Origin: Chiloscyllium plagiosum
Lineage: Eukaryota
Direction: 5' to 3'
DNA length: 41,193 bases
Assembly: GCF_004010195.1 (NCBI RefSeq)
Contig: NW_025214289.1
Span: forward strand, 1-41,193
Shown here: positions 20,100 through 34,100 of the stretch, piece by piece
Layout of the letters: the number at the start of each line of letters is the position of its first letter
How positions within the stretch are numbered: position 1 is the first letter of the stretch
Notes under the pieces: generated by a model
Seen by the model: only the letters and a program-made list of their open reading frames with translations
What the model was told of the DNA's origin: nothing
Databases searched by the model: none
Made by a program: the position numbers and the translations under genes

Positions 20100-21356
20100 C
20101 TTTAAAAAACTTCATTTCATAGTTACGACGCAAAAACCTTTATTATCCAACGGCCCGTCGCACACAATGATTTAAGTGCCAATTTAAATAATGTTCGTCC
20201 AACCGAAATAGATGTATCACTTCCGAACGGTTCTCAACACGCTCTCTCTTTGTTTTCAGATGCGTGTCTTGACTCTGTCCGTAGATGTCACTCTCCCCAC
20301 CCCCGTTATTTTTTCTGCCTATAATCTCTCTCTCTCTTCTTTTTTGTATCTAATCTCTCTCTTTTTTGTGGAGTTCTCAACTCCTTAATGGTATTCGACC
20401 TTTTTATCCTCTCACTCTCTCTTTGTCTCTCTCACTCACTCACTCACACAGACTCTCTCTCTCGTAAACTTTACATTACTCAAGAGATGAAAAAAAAGGT
20501 GCAGTAACTGGAAGAATACAGTACAGTCAGGAATGATCGCAGTAAAATAATATCATGCTGAGAACGTTAAAATTTTGAAACAAAACAGAAAATGCTCCAG
20601 AAACCTCACCAGTCTGGCGGCATCTGTGTGGAGAGAAACAGAGTTTATCCTTGGAATCTGATGTTATTCTTATACAGAACAATGCATAATTATCTGCAGT
20701 CAATCCAAGGGGAGTGTGTCAGCATTTGCAGGAGATACAGATACGGTCCATAAGTGTTTGAACTGTGTCTCCAGATGCAGTCTGTCAGTACAGGAATTTG
20801 AAGGCTGCCCCAATTTAGTGTGTCAGTATTTACTGGGAAATTCCAAAAAAGTAGGTATTTTTTAAGAAGACCTCTCATGGAAATTGTAAGGTTTATTTGG
20901 ATGTGCTATGGGGAGCATTTAACAGGAATCTGCCTAGAGTGTGTCATCATTCAGCCTAGGTCCTGGGTCTGTGTATTGTGTGTCAGTGTGCAACAAAACT
21001 CCACAGAGAGAGCACCGTGAATCTCCAATGAGTATGTCCACGTGAACATCGGTCGGGGGTGGTGCGTCACTGTGTTAGAGACGTGCACAAAGAGATCACA
21101 GGGTGTCTCCAGCGACTGTGTTACAGTTTGAAACAGTGCCCAAGCACAACATCAGGACTTAGCCTCTCTGAAGAGCGTGTTGATATTTACAGGGAGTGTT
21201 ACAGAATTTCCAGGGTATCTTTGAGTATGAGTCAGTATTCATAGAAGCCCTTGTAACTGTGGCAGTATTCGCTGTGGCTGGAATTGTGTACATCTTTCCA
21301 CAGTGTGAACATGAATGCAGTGCTATTTACAAGGTGATTACCAGGATTATCCAAGG

Positions 21357-21765
21357 TCTCTCTCTCACACACACGCACTGTGTCTCTCACCACGCTCTTT
21401 GCCTCAAAGACACAGCTCAGTCTCTTTCTGTCACATACACACTATAACGATCTTTCTTACACACTGTCTCTCTCATACACACGCTGCGTCACACGGATTC
21501 AGTCCCTCTGTCTCAAACACACACACAAGCACACGCAAATACACACACAAACTCACACTCACTCTCTCACAAACACGCTCGCTCTCTCCCTCCCGCACGC
21601 ACTCCCCAACATACTCTTTCCCGCGCACACGCCCTCCGGCGCAGCCACTCCACTCCCGCATGCATCTACGCTCCCGTGCAACCTCTCCCCCACGCAGCCT
21701 ATTTCATGACTCGCCTCTCTCATGCACAGACTCTCTCCTGCACAGTTCTGAAATACACACAGAAA
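21357..21765. repeat. Degenerate (CA)/(CT) simple-repeat tract
   Basis: Low-complexity CA/CT-rich sequence; further TG/CT-rich tracts at ~22185-22540 and ~23560-23830. Confidence 0.8.
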
Positions 21766-23315
21766 CAAAGCTGCAATTTCAAACCATCGACAACACTTTT
21801 TGATTCTGAATAGGGAGCAATTTTTTTTCTGGAGCTGCACACATTATTTTCACAGCAATCAATTCAAGATGTGAGTGGGACTGAAATTAACAAGCAAACT
21901 TGGTGAGATTACTTTTAATGGGTTTTTGAGAATGGGTATTAATCCATTTCACAGATATTCTTCACCGGATTACATGCGTCTGTTTGTAAGACTGAACGTT
22001 TGTGAATTGTACAAAAGACCACGGGTGTATTAAACAAATTGCTTCCTCTCTCACAATTGAACGAGGGAGGTAACATCACTGCCCAACTGTCTCATTGATG
22101 TTTCATCAGCAAAAGCTGGGAAGCATCTGATTAAAATACACTGTGCTAAATATTAAACTCGTGGATGCCATTTAATGCTCACATGGTCTGTATGTGTCTA
22201 TGGTCTTTCTTCTGTGTGTCTCTGTCGATGAATGTGTGTCTCTGTAACTCTGTGTTTATATAATTGTGTCGAATTATCGGTGTCATCGTCGATATGTATG
22301 TGTGTCAGTGTATCCGAGTATGTGTATTACTGTGTTTCTCTTTGTGTGAATATTGTACCTGTGTCTTTGTGCAGTGTGCTCTCTGCTATCTTGCAGGCGA
22401 ATCTTATGATATAGAATCAACCTATTCCGCCTCTTTCTTTCTTCTTACTCCTCTTGTGCTTAAACTGATGGAATATCATGTTGATGTGAAATTCCATTTC
22501 TGTGCTTCTGTATCTCTGTGTCTGTGCGTCTATCTCTGTTTGCAATGGGACTAACTGGAGGGAAGTTTTTTGAATGAATGAGTGAATGAGTGAAGAAAGG
22601 AAGAAAGAATGCACCAAGTTTCTTTCCCTCCCTGTTGAGTCTAGGGTTACGCAATGTCATAGTCTGTTGGCTCCCATATGTCCAAACACTATCTACGGAA
22701 TTTTTGTTTGGCATAAGGTTTACAGCCCGTGAATCTCTCCAGTTGCGTCATGTTGTTCTTCAAATAATGGCATTGAAGTCATAGACCAGTTTTGTCCCGT
22801 CGATATTGCCTCTCAGATATAAAAATGAAATGAATAAACTCATTCCTGGTACCAAACGTCTCCACTTTTGATGTGAATTGCACTTACAAACTGACAGTTT
22901 GATTACAAAGCGTTGCAAATTGCAAAACTTGCAATGCAGTTCATCATGTCTCACAACAAAACCGTTCATTCGCAGGTATCTGGACAGAATTGGAATGAAA
23001 ATACATCATTAAAGTTTTATTATATCGGGAAAACTGCGGTAAGACAAATCTTTTCCACATTACAGATGGAAACTTTACATTTCTGAACATAATCATGTTT
23101 TACCAAGAGAAGCCTCAGTACAATTCCACTCCTCACCATACCAGCACCCTGTATGTATGTCTGTGCATGTGTGTCTGAGCATGTGTGTGTACCTGAATGT
23201 ATGTCTCTGACTCTTGATTCTGCTCTGAGCTTCACTCTCTCTGAATGCCTGACCGTTTATCCCCTTGTGAGTTGTGTGTGGAAGCCAGAGGAGTATGGCA
23301 TGTATCACCTAAAAC

Positions 23316-23487
23316 TGAAAATATGTTTGTTGGAAAAGCGCAGCAGGTCAGGCAGCATCCAAGGAGAAGAAGGGCGTATGCCCGAAACGTCGATTCTCCT
23401 GTTCCTTGGATGCTGCCTGACCTGCTGCGCTTTTCCAGCAACACATTTTCAGCTCTGATCTCCAGCATTGCAGTCCTCACTTTCTCC
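23316..23487 (+). mobile_element. Short Penelope-derived fold-back element (copy 3)
   Basis: Inverted arms around GAAGAAGGGCGTATGCCCGAAACGTCGATTC; ~15-bp TSD TGTATCAC(C/T)TAAAAC at 23301-23315 and 23488-23502. Confidence 0.85.
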
Positions 23488-25593
23488 TGTATCACTTAAA
23501 ACACAACGTAGCAACGAGAGAGAGAACCATAATATTTATGTCTCAATTTTCGTTACATCTTCATTTCTCCTTCACTTTCTCACGCCTTGCTTCTCTTTCC
23601 CGTTCTTTGTCTCTTCCACTTTCTATCCTTCTACGTCCCCTCTCTCTGTCTCACCAAATCTCTTCCATTAACTGTTTATCAGTCTTTCATCTCTCTCACT
23701 CCCTCTCTCCCTCTCTCGCTCTCTCCCAATTTCTCTAGCTCTCTCCCTATCTTTCCCCTCCTCTTTCTCCCTGTCCCTTTGTCCCACAATCTGTCTCTCT
23801 CCTTCCCTCTCGAATTCTCTCTCTGTCCTGAGGCTGTTGCACTATTTCGAAAGGTCAGGTCAGATGTTTTTCTCGTGGATCACGACTTTTCTGGGCCGAT
23901 GTTTAAGCATGGAAGTGAGAAAGCAAATAAGAAAACTGAAGTGGGACTATGATAAAGATTTGGCTGCTAACACTAAAAGATATTTGCATTGGTGAGCAGG
24001 TCATTGCTGTGAATGTGTTGCGAGAGTGTACTATAGAGTTCCTTTGCATCATTTCACTGATACTTCAAGTATAACTGATGAGATGCAAATGCTATTGAAT
24101 GGACTTTTCCTACCTTTTGTGCTCAGAGCATTGCTGGGAATTTGGACACATTTCTGGGAAAATTCCAGCGCTGTAGATACCCTGGCAAAGCTGAGATTCT
24201 TGCATTGTTAGCACTGGAACACGAACCTTCAAATTTTTTTGCCTGAATTGACACGGCCTACATCATTTGCAACATTCAGTTCATTCAACCGTTTCCTCAT
24301 TTTTTTTCTGGAAGTGAAGCAAATTCGTTTAAGACTACCATCGTGATGCTGCGGTTCTCAGAAAGAGACAGGAAGGGAACATGCAAAATGTACACCTGTT
24401 TTATCGACCTGTCCAGCAGCCGCTCTCTGCACCTAAGTAACTGCGACAACAATAAATCAAAACAACAAGATGGTTCATTAACGTGGTACGTTTTCTTGAA
24501 GATGCATACAAGTACTTCTGCCTGTGGAATAAAGTCCTTTGGTCGCCTAACATCGCGTTTGGGAATATTTATGGAGCTGACTCCTACTGTTTTTGCTTCA
24601 GTTGTCTACGTCCATTAAAAACTCCCCCCCACCCCGCCCAGGCAGGATGGCAGAACTCAGACCTGATCTGCTGCTTGGGTGATCCCTCAGCTGTAACAAA
24701 TACAATCTGTTTCAATAATTTGTCCTTCAGATTTATACATACAATCTTTTCTGTGCAATGGTCTGTGTGTTCATATCTACACATTTCCCCTTTCGTGGTC
24801 TGTGATTCCATCCAGCACTGTTCCAAAGGCAGTGGCCTTCAGACCTACAACCAAACTGTTCCACTGACAAAGGCCATCATACACTCTCTTTCTTTCCCCT
24901 ACCATTGGCCTGCTGCATCAAATCTGCAGTGCTCCCTGGACAACAGTCGTTATCTTCACACACAGTATGATCCCTCGCAATGTCCTTTATCCCCAGACAA
25001 AACAATCCACTAGCAAAGGAAAGTGTAAAAAGATTGCTGCAAAATCATCAGAATATGAGTGAGAGTTAGAGACAGTGGGAGGGAGAAAGAGTGTACGAAA
25101 ATACAAAGAGTGAGACAGTGAAAACGAGAGAGCAAAGAGAAGTTGCAGCGAGAGAAATTGACAGCACAATATTGGGAGGGTGAGATGGAGGGACAGGTTA
25201 CAGAGGAGAGAGACGAATTTGACTGAGGCCAGGTTAGAGTGGGAGGCCTCCAGGTCTAAACAAAGAAGCGGTAACTTAATCGGCTGAGATCGGCTCATAT
25301 CCCATCACCTTCAGTGAGGAGCATGACTGGAGATGAACCTATCACTCTCCAGCTCAGCTTCTTCAACTCACAAACAAACAACGTATAATTGATCTGGCAT
25401 TTTTTAATGAACATATTTAATGTTACAAATTGAAGTTATACATACATCCAATGGAATGGTGCCTTTTCCTACGAGGACCTGAGTTGAGTGGAACATTGAA
25501 TTTGAACCCGTCCCCTCAGCATGATATAATAGTGACAGGCTGCGTCGTTGCTGAAATATTGAAATTACTTGATAAAGTCCTGAATAGACTTAT

Positions 25594-26502
25594 TTAAAAG
25601 TGAATATGATTGACTGATAAATTAGTGAAACGAATATTCAGCACATTCTTCAGCTGCTGTCTGAAGTTAGTCTGGGTCACGGCATAAATAGCGGATTTTG
25701 TGCAGCAACTGAGGAGCTGCAGCAAGAAGCCCAATTCCTGCACAAAGTAATACAGATATACAGAGTTATCCCCAAAATACTACATTCGGTTCCACATATA
25801 AAAAAAGAACATTAACGTTGAACATAACAATACGAAATTGGCCGGGATCACAAACAATAAAATGATGGATTTTCTTCAACTTCTCATTTCTGTGTCATAC
25901 TCACCACCCCCACTGGTGTGTGTCCGGAGTCTTTATGGGCACTCCTGGAAAGTAAACTATGTCTGATAGTGAACACATTAAGCAGCAGAATCAGTAGAAA
26001 CGGGAGAGCTGCGGTTTACAATGGTATGGAAGAACTCGACAGTGACCCAGACACCCGAGTAATAAATATTGTCTATTTCCTGACAAACCCTGAGCTCATT
26101 CTGAAGCCGATATTGAACTTTGAACATAACATACCAGAAAATGCTCTTTGAACAGCTGAGCGCTGTCACTGTTACCAAAACCACAGCTGCTGTTTTGTCA
26201 CTGCAATACTTACTTTTCAGCTTCTGACAACAAATTGCCAGAAAACGATCAAAAGTGAAAGTGACAATAAACCAGACAGAACAGTCAGTGGCTCTATAGA
26301 GCAGGATGGCGTGGATGTTACACAGGGGGATTTTCAGTACGAACTGAAACTGCTCCTGATAAACAACGGGAATGCGCCTCATTATCAGACCGAGAATAAT
26401 GACCAGCAGATCCGCCAATGCCGTAGCTACAAGATAACGACTGACACCGGAAGACAATCCACATTTTTTTTATAAGCAGAACGTCGATCGTCATGACGTA
26501 CA
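25594..26502 (-). pseudogene. GPR139-like class A GPCR pseudogene, exon 2 (end of TM1 to TM7 and helix 8)
   Basis: Acceptor CTTCCTCACAG, then (V)YVMTIDVL..[frameshift]CGLSSGVSRYLVATALADLLVII, DCSVWFIVTFTFDRFLAICCQKLKSKYC, PFLLILLLNVFTIRH, EMRS*RKSIILLFVI, LQLLSCCTKSAIYAVTQTNFRQQLK. About 3 frameshifts and 2 internal stops. Confidence 0.92.
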
Positions 26503-26869
26503 CTGTGAGGAAGTTTTAAAATAAACAACAATCTGTGGGCAAAGGTTCCAGTTTCATTTATAACAAACGATGTGTTCAGAATTACTTATTAAAATTGGAT
26601 GTAGCACATATGTAACCCTTTCATTCCAAACACCGAGACACACATCCAAAAGAAGGGATGGATTAGAATATTCCCACACTCTCAATCTCTAGAACATGTA
26701 CAGGTCATTTCCTCGCAGTTGAAAACATTGTCATCCATTAGATTCTCTTGAAGTTGTTTGAAGACAAATTGAGATTGAAAATGTGCGTCTTTTCCTCTAA
26801 ACCTTGATTGAACTTTTGCATTGAAGAAATGTACTCGCAGAGAAAACGTAATGAATGGAGGGGAGCGAA

Positions 26870-27765
26870 TGTCGTCCCCGGGAATTGCAGGGCAATCAAT
26901 CTTATGCCTGTGGTAAGCAAAGCACTGGAACCGATTCTGAGATATAGGATTAATGACTAGTTGGTAACACGTAGTGTGATTAAGTATCGTCAGAATAGCT
27001 TTGTGTAGGGCAGGAGGAGCCTCACAAACCTTACTGACTTAGTCGAGTATGTGGCGAGCCATGATGACGAAGGTCAAGCAGTGGTTGTGGTATACATGGA
27101 TTTTAGGAAGATAATTGATAAGTTTTCCCATCCTAGGCTCGTTGACAAAATTAGCAGATGTCGGATGCAGAAACAATTTGTCCGTGTGGATGCAGAATTG
27201 CTTGTCAAAAAAGGATTACATTAGGTACCCCTAAAGTATCGAAACAGGCTCTTCAGTTAACAAGGGCCCTCCGAGGAGTAACCCACCAAGACCCATTTCA
27301 CTCTGACTAATGCAGCTAGCACTATGAGCAATTTAGAATGACCAATTTAAGTGACCTGCACATCTTTGCACTGTCGGAGGAAACCGGAGCACCCAGAGGA
27401 AATCAACACAGACTAAATATAGTGGATGGAATGTATTTCGTCTGGAGGTCGGTGCATTTAGCTTTTAAAAACGACTTGGATGAAGAACTGGAAGGGTGGA
27501 TTAGTAGGTTTTCTGATGACACAAGATTGGTAGTTTTTCATGTCGTGTCGATGACTATTGCATGATAAAACACGACATTGTTTGGATCCAGAGCTGGGCT
27601 GAGAAGTGGCAGGTGGTGCTCAACCTATATAATTGTGAAGTGATTCATTTAAGAAAGTTGAATTTTAATGCTGAATACAGGGTTGAAGACAGAATTTCGA
27701 GCAGTGTGGGGAACAGCTGGATCTTCGGATCCATGTACATAGATCCTTCAATTTAGTCGCTCAGG
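26870..27765 (+). mobile_element. Old CR1 LINE RT fragment, interrupted by an HE1 SINE
   Basis: Degenerate LTNL, VYMDF, ISRFSDDTR, WAEKWQV..N..NCEVIH motifs. Confidence 0.8.
27212..27411 (-). mobile_element. 5'-truncated HE1 V-SINE
   Basis: ACCTGCACATCTTTGCACTGTCGGAGGAAACCGGAGCACCCAGAGGAAA is the antisense of the HE1 V-domain. Confidence 0.8.
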
Positions 27766-27769
27766 TCAC

Positions 27770-30700
27770 AGAGTCATAAAGTCATGTTGATTTATAGGAC
27801 GGAAACAGACCTTTCGATCTAACTTGCTCATTCCAACCAGATATCACAACTTAATCCGTTCCTACTTGGCAACACGTGACCCATATCACTCTAAACGCTT
27901 CCTTTTCATTCACCCATCTCGATGCCTTTTTATGTGTTGTAATTGTACCAGCCTGCACCACTTGCTCGAGCAGCTCATTCCACACACTCACCACTCTGTG
28001 CATGAACAGTTCACGCAGAGTTAGCTTTAATATATTTCCCTCTCCCCTTAACCGATGCCCTCTCGTTCCGGACTTTCCCACTCGGAGAAAGGACGTTGTT
28101 TCTTTACGCTATTCATACCCCTCATGACTTTATGATCTTCGATAAGGGCCCTGCTCACCAGCCTCAAACTCTCCAGTGAAAATAGTCGCAGCCTCTTCAG
28201 CCACTCCCAATAGCTGAAATCATTCAAGCCTGGCAATACCTATGTAATTCTTCTCTGATCCATTTCAATTTTCAAAAAAAAAAATCTTCTGATAGGAAGT
28301 AAAACAGAATTGCACGCAACATTCCAAACATGGCCTCACCAATATCCTGTACGTCCGCAACATGACCTCTCAACTCGTACACTGAACACGCTGATGAACA
28401 AAGGAAAGCATATAAAATACTCTCTCAATTTGTCTATCTCCCTGCGACTAAACATTCAAGGAGCTATGCACCTGCCATCCAAGGTGTCATTGTTGAGCAA
28501 GGCTCCAAAGGACCTTCCCATTAAGTGAATAAGTCCTTCTATGATTTGCTTTCATATTACGCAGCACATCACATTTATCGAAGTTAAACTCTATCTGTCA
28601 TTCGTCAGCCCATTGGCTCATCTGAACAAGATCCATTGTAATCTGAGGTAATGTTCTTCGCTGTCCACTACACTTCCTACAACTCACATCCAAATCATTT
28701 ACATAAATTCCGAACAGTAGTGAACTCGGTACTAATGCTGTGCACTCCAGTGGTCACAGGTCTCCGGTCTGAAAAGTCACCCTCCACAACCAACCTCTGT
28801 CCCCTATCTTCGAGCCAGTTCTGTATCCGAATGCCCATTTATTACTGTATTCTATGAGATGTAACTGTGCCAGCCTCTTTCCTATGGGAAACCTTGTCAA
28901 ACTGAAGTGCGTAAAAATCACGTCGACCACTCTCCCCTCATCAAATCTCTTTGATAAGTCTTCAAAAAACTCAGTCACGTTCGGGAAACATGATTTCCCA
29001 CACATAAAGACATATTGACTATCCGGAATCAGGTCTTGCCTTTCCAAATACGTGTACATTCCGTCAGGATTCCCTCGAACAACGTGTCCACCACTGATGT
29101 CAGGCTCACCTTTGCCTGGCTTGTCCTTCCCAACTTTCTTAAATTGTCGTACTACAATAGCCAACCGCAAGTCCTCCGGTACATTTCCTCTGAATGCTGG
29201 TGATACAAACATTTTAGCAAGGTGCACAGCAATCATTTCCCCAGAATCCGACAGAGTTCGAGGTTACACCTGATCAGGTCACTGGGGATTTATACACTTT
29301 TACGCGTTTCGAGAAATTCAACACTTCTGTCTCTGAAATATGAACAATTTTCAAGATGTCACCATGCATTTCCCTACATTCAATACCTTCCAATTCCTTC
29401 TCCACAGTAAACACCGATACAAAGTACTCATTTAGTTTCTCCCCCATCTTCGGCGGATCCATATAAAGACAGCCTTGCTGATCTTTAAAGAGCCCTACTG
29501 TGTCCTCGTTACACTTTATACCTTATATTTTCCGTAAAAACCCTTTGAATTCTCCTAAACCTATTTACCAAAGTTATTTAATGTGCCCTGTTTATCCTTC
29601 TGATTTCCGTCTTAAGGATATTCCTTCTGCCTTTATACACTTTTATGCATTTACTCGATCTCTCCTATTTCCACCCGGCATATGCGTCCTTCTTTTTCTT
29701 AACCAAATGCGTGATTTCTCACGTCATCCAGCATTCCCTATACCTACCAGCTTTTCCTTTCATCCTAACTGTCTCTGGATTCCAGGTATCTCATTTCTGA
29801 AAGTTATTAATTTTCCAGCCTTCCCTTTCCCTGCTATCATGTGCATGCAAACAACTTTTGAAAGTTCTTGCCTAATATAGGTCACAATTAGCCTTCTGCC
29901 AATTCAGAACTTCAACTCTAGATGTTGTCTTTCCTTTTTATCACTTTTTTAAAACTATTAGAATGATGGTCCTGGCCCCAATGTGTTCCCCATTGACAAC
30001 TCAGTCGCCTGCCCTGCCTTAATTTTGAAGAGTAGGTCAAGTTTGGCCCTTCAGTAGTAGATATAACCATATTCTTGAATCAAATAATTTTCTTGTAAAT
30101 ACTTCATTATTCCCTCTCCCTCTAAAACCTTAACAATTTGGCAGTCCCAGTAAATGTTTAGAAAGTTGAAATCCCCTACCAAATCCACCCTATTATTCTA
30201 AGTGATAACTGAAATGTCCTTGCAAATTTATTTCTCATTTTCCTGCTGACTATCAGGGAGTCTGTAATATAATCCCCATAAGGTTATAATTCCCTTCTTA
30301 TTTCTCAGTTCCACCCAAATACCTTCCCTGTGTATTGTTGCAATGCTGTCCATCTCCAAACCGCCCATCCACCTCCTTTCTTGCCTCCATTTCTATCCTT
30401 CCTGCAGCACTTGCATTCTCGAACATCAAGCTGCCATTCTGCCCATTCCTGACCCAAATCTCTGTAACAGCTGTAATTTCCCAGACCGATGTTTGTAACC
30501 ATGCCCAGTGTTCATCTGCCTCTGCTGTTAGTCTTCTTGCATGGGAGCAAATGCAGTTTTATTTATATGTGCTACTTTGTTCTCTGCTTTGTCTGTCCCT
30601 GCCCTGACTCTTTGACTCGCATCTTTTCTCATTTGTACCAGTCTCAGATTGATCTCTTTGCTCTCTATCTCCCTGCGTCCCACCGCACCTTTGCCCCCCA

Positions 30701-31950
30701 ACCCGTCGCCTTACGAGTTTAAATCCTCCAGAGCAGCACTAGAAAGTCTCTCTGTCACTAAGTAATTTCTCTTTCAATTTATGCGCAGTCCATCCTTGTT
30801 TTACAGGTCATTTATAATTCAGAAAATATTCAAATGATCTAAAAATGTGGGTGCTTCTCCCATACATCAGCTCCTCAGCCTGGCATTCATCTGCTCTAAG
30901 CTTCTGTTCCTACACCCCCTTGGTCTTAGCACCGGGAGTAATCCAGACATCACTAACCCCGGGGACATAATTTTTAAATTCCTCCCTAACTTTCTATATT
31001 CTCCCTTCAAAAGATCAAACGTTTCCCTTCCTTTCTCGTTGGTATCAATGTATATAATTACCTCCTACTTGTCCCCCTCTCCTTTGAGAACATTCTCCAT
31101 GCTCTCGGAGACACCCTTGAACCTGGCACCAGGGAGGCAACGCGCCATTCTGATTTTTCACTGCTGGTCGCAGCAACGTATGTTTGTGCCTCTGGCTAAA
31201 GAGTCGTCTGACGCAATCGATCGCTTGGAACCGGACATTGCCTCCATTGCAGTCCAGCCTATCTTAATATCAGGCACCTGTCTGTTGTACCACATTCCCC
31301 TGAAAGTAAAGTAATCCTTACATTTTCCGAAATAGCATGCTCATTTGAAATTCAGATAGCCACAGAAGATTTATGCGCTAAATGCCTACCTCACCGACCT
31401 CTCCTGAAGTTAACCCAACTATCTGATTGTATCTGTCTCTTTTCTCGCTTTCTATAACTGCCATCCATCACACTCCCTTGCTTTTGAAAATTGCTTATTG
31501 CCTCTATCTGTCGCTCCAACCAATCCATTTAATCTGATAGGTTTAGCAACCAACGACCTTTTTTCAGATATAATCCTCAGTAACACTCAAACTCTCTCGA
31601 AACTCCCACATCCTACAAGAATAGCATTTCACTCTATTCAAGGCCATTTATTCTTCCTCCAATCAACAGACACAGAAAATAGCATCATCTTATTCCTCCA
31701 ACAATATTGCTCAAGTCTAATGTAATACTTATGGCTTTAAATAAAAAAAAACGTGTCAATAAAATATAATCAAAACAGAAACAAAACTACTGACTGTTGT
31801 AGATTTACAGCAAGGCTACACTTAAATATTTTGCGCTTATCTGTTTCTTTGCTGCGACCTATCAAAAACAGATTCCTCCAAGATCAGCTGTTAATTTCAT
31901 TGATTGTTAAGATTCCAAGGCAAAAAACACAGCAGCCGTCTATTCTATTT
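27770..31950 (-). mobile_element. Near full-length, decayed CR1 LINE (ORF1 zinc-finger/esterase-like plus ORF2 EN-RT)
   Basis: ORF1 start MALNRVKCYSCRMWE at 31647; RMARCLPGARF..VSE..NVLKGE esterase-like block at ~31040-31150; EN N-terminus (RKDRNGGKKGGG) at ~30360-30410; RT at 28754-29236; 3' tail at ~27770-27900. Confidence 0.9.
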
Positions 31951-33517
31951 TCTAGGTAACTTGGGATGGCTGAGACAATGACAGCCAAATTCTACAGACA
32001 TATTCAGCTCAGTTCACTGGTATTTATGCAATATTTTTTATCCGCCCTCCATGAAGACAGAAACAATGTGTCCACCTCGTCTGGAATAGGTGATCTTTAT
32101 AAATGAATGGATACACCGATGAATAGCACCTTGAGAAATGACGCAAATCATACGTACACCTGCGTGCTAATTTCTAGATCATAAAAAGTCAATTAAACTG
32201 TGACGTGCTGTGATGTGAACACACTTTTCATCATAATGTGAGAAATCCATGTTTTGTTTCAGGGAAAGGGGGATATAGTTTTGACAGCACCTTCTCTTTG
32301 AATCACGCATGCCTTACCTTTTCTCGAGCTTTACCGTTTGTTGAAGAATTTTCTGGAAATTGCAAGATTTGTCAGACACATCGAAATTGCCTCATCTCCT
32401 TGTTCTAACCCAAATTCGACCTCCTTCCATTACACAGAGCTTCTCAGTCTTTGCGCAGACATATAGCAGATTTTCACTGAATCAATGCAGCATCTCAAAC
32501 ACACCCTCTCAGGGAACACTCACAACATCTGCATTTACTTCCCTATTAGACAAGTACGTTCCATTCGAAAAATACACGCGATGACAACTCACTGATGATC
32601 AGAGAACATCCTTGACTGTATTTTCTGTTGCTGTTTATCTAACTTTGTAAATAAACACCGTTCAATATGCAGTTACTATCAGCAACCTGTAAAAGTTGGA
32701 CACTTCATATTCCCTTGAAGTAATTTCCAGAGTAGCTTATTATTTTCTGAATGTCAGCATCTCTAACGCCAGCGCCAGTGGTAAGTGTGAAGGTTGTGGG
32801 AAAGGATACATAGTGAAATGGAAATTGCTTTCACGAATAATTGTAACTGCAGACGAACGGGTCCAACTTTCGTTTTGCGAACCTTTTTATAGCATGTGGG
32901 CAATACTGGAATGACGAGCATTGTTTTCCCATCCTGAATCGCCCGGCATTCAAAGGCCTGTTCAGCCTTTCTGTGGCACAGTTTCAGAGCTTATGATATT
33001 TGCCTTTGTCTGGATTCGCTGATGGCACAGACTGACAGGGAATGCAATATTTCTTTTCTAACAGAAATGAAAGAACGGGAGTTAGTATAATCAATTCACT
33101 GAAGTCGACTCGGAGTTATGGCCAGCAGAGATAAGTTGTAAATTACAGTGTCTGCAAAGGATTGGAGTTGAATTTGCTTCAAAGTCGCCCACAGTACATA
33201 CTTGAAGACCTGGGTGACTAACACAGTGACATAACCAGAATCCCACCGAACCCCCAGGAAAACAACATCCCTCGGCAGAAGACCAGCAATTTTTTCATTA
33301 TTAATCACTTTTAATTAGAATTGTAGGCGGAAGAGAACTGGATCGTGAAAATCTGGACAGAATAAAACTCCCGATCACAGTGTACACAAAAGCTAGAATC
33401 ATACTGAGGTGGAGATAGAGGATACCGTGATAGAAGCAGTGTGCAATCGTTGTGTATGGGAGAAGACAGAGACAGACATCCGTTCAGGACAAGGTCGTCC
33501 GGGGGATTCGTTTTTCC

Positions 33518-34100
33518 TGTGATGACGCTCCTCCTTAACAAGCTTATTTTGCTCTGATAGCTGAGGCAGAGGTGCCGGTATGTCAGGAAATGGCTTCTCA
33601 AACAGTGGCAGGGGTGTGTCCAAATCTCTCATTTCTTAAAAAAAATACCGTTTGTTTTTTTGTTATAGGCAAAGAAGCTACAACGGCGAAACAGTTTTCA
33701 AGCGTCAATAGAATTTTCTTGCCTGACTTTTCTCTCTGGAATCTTTACTGTCTGTCAGAATCTATGAATGAATTTACGTTTTGCAAAGGGCTTTGATTGT
33801 GGGATGTTTCAAGCATTAGAGAAGCTCTGTAGTTAAGTTGCTATATCAAGTCAGTTGAGTTTTCAAATCATTCATTTGTCCAGATTATGTTTTCGTTTGA
33901 TCGTCTTTCAACTGTATTGGGTGAATAATTTGTTCTGCTTAAGGTTGAGTGGATTGACCAACTGCTTCGTTGCAAGAATACCACTTGAAATCTGTATTAT
34001 TCCAGGAAACACAATATGCATCGGTCTTAAAAATAATAAAAGCTGCTGTCTGGAGTACTTTCTTAAAATCTGTGCAGCGGGTATGTCTTAGTCTATGACA
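33518..34100 (+). mobile_element. Probable 5' LTR of the Gypsy element
   Basis: TGTGATGA start and TATGACA end, followed by AGGGGGCTGTTGCCAGAAT (degenerate tRNA-Pro-type PBS) and gag ~110 bp later. The left boundary is uncertain. Confidence 0.45.

Noticed and set aside
21315..23952. Many 60-160 aa ORFs rich in H/T/S/L/C/V
   Set aside because: They are translations of CA, TG and CT simple repeats.
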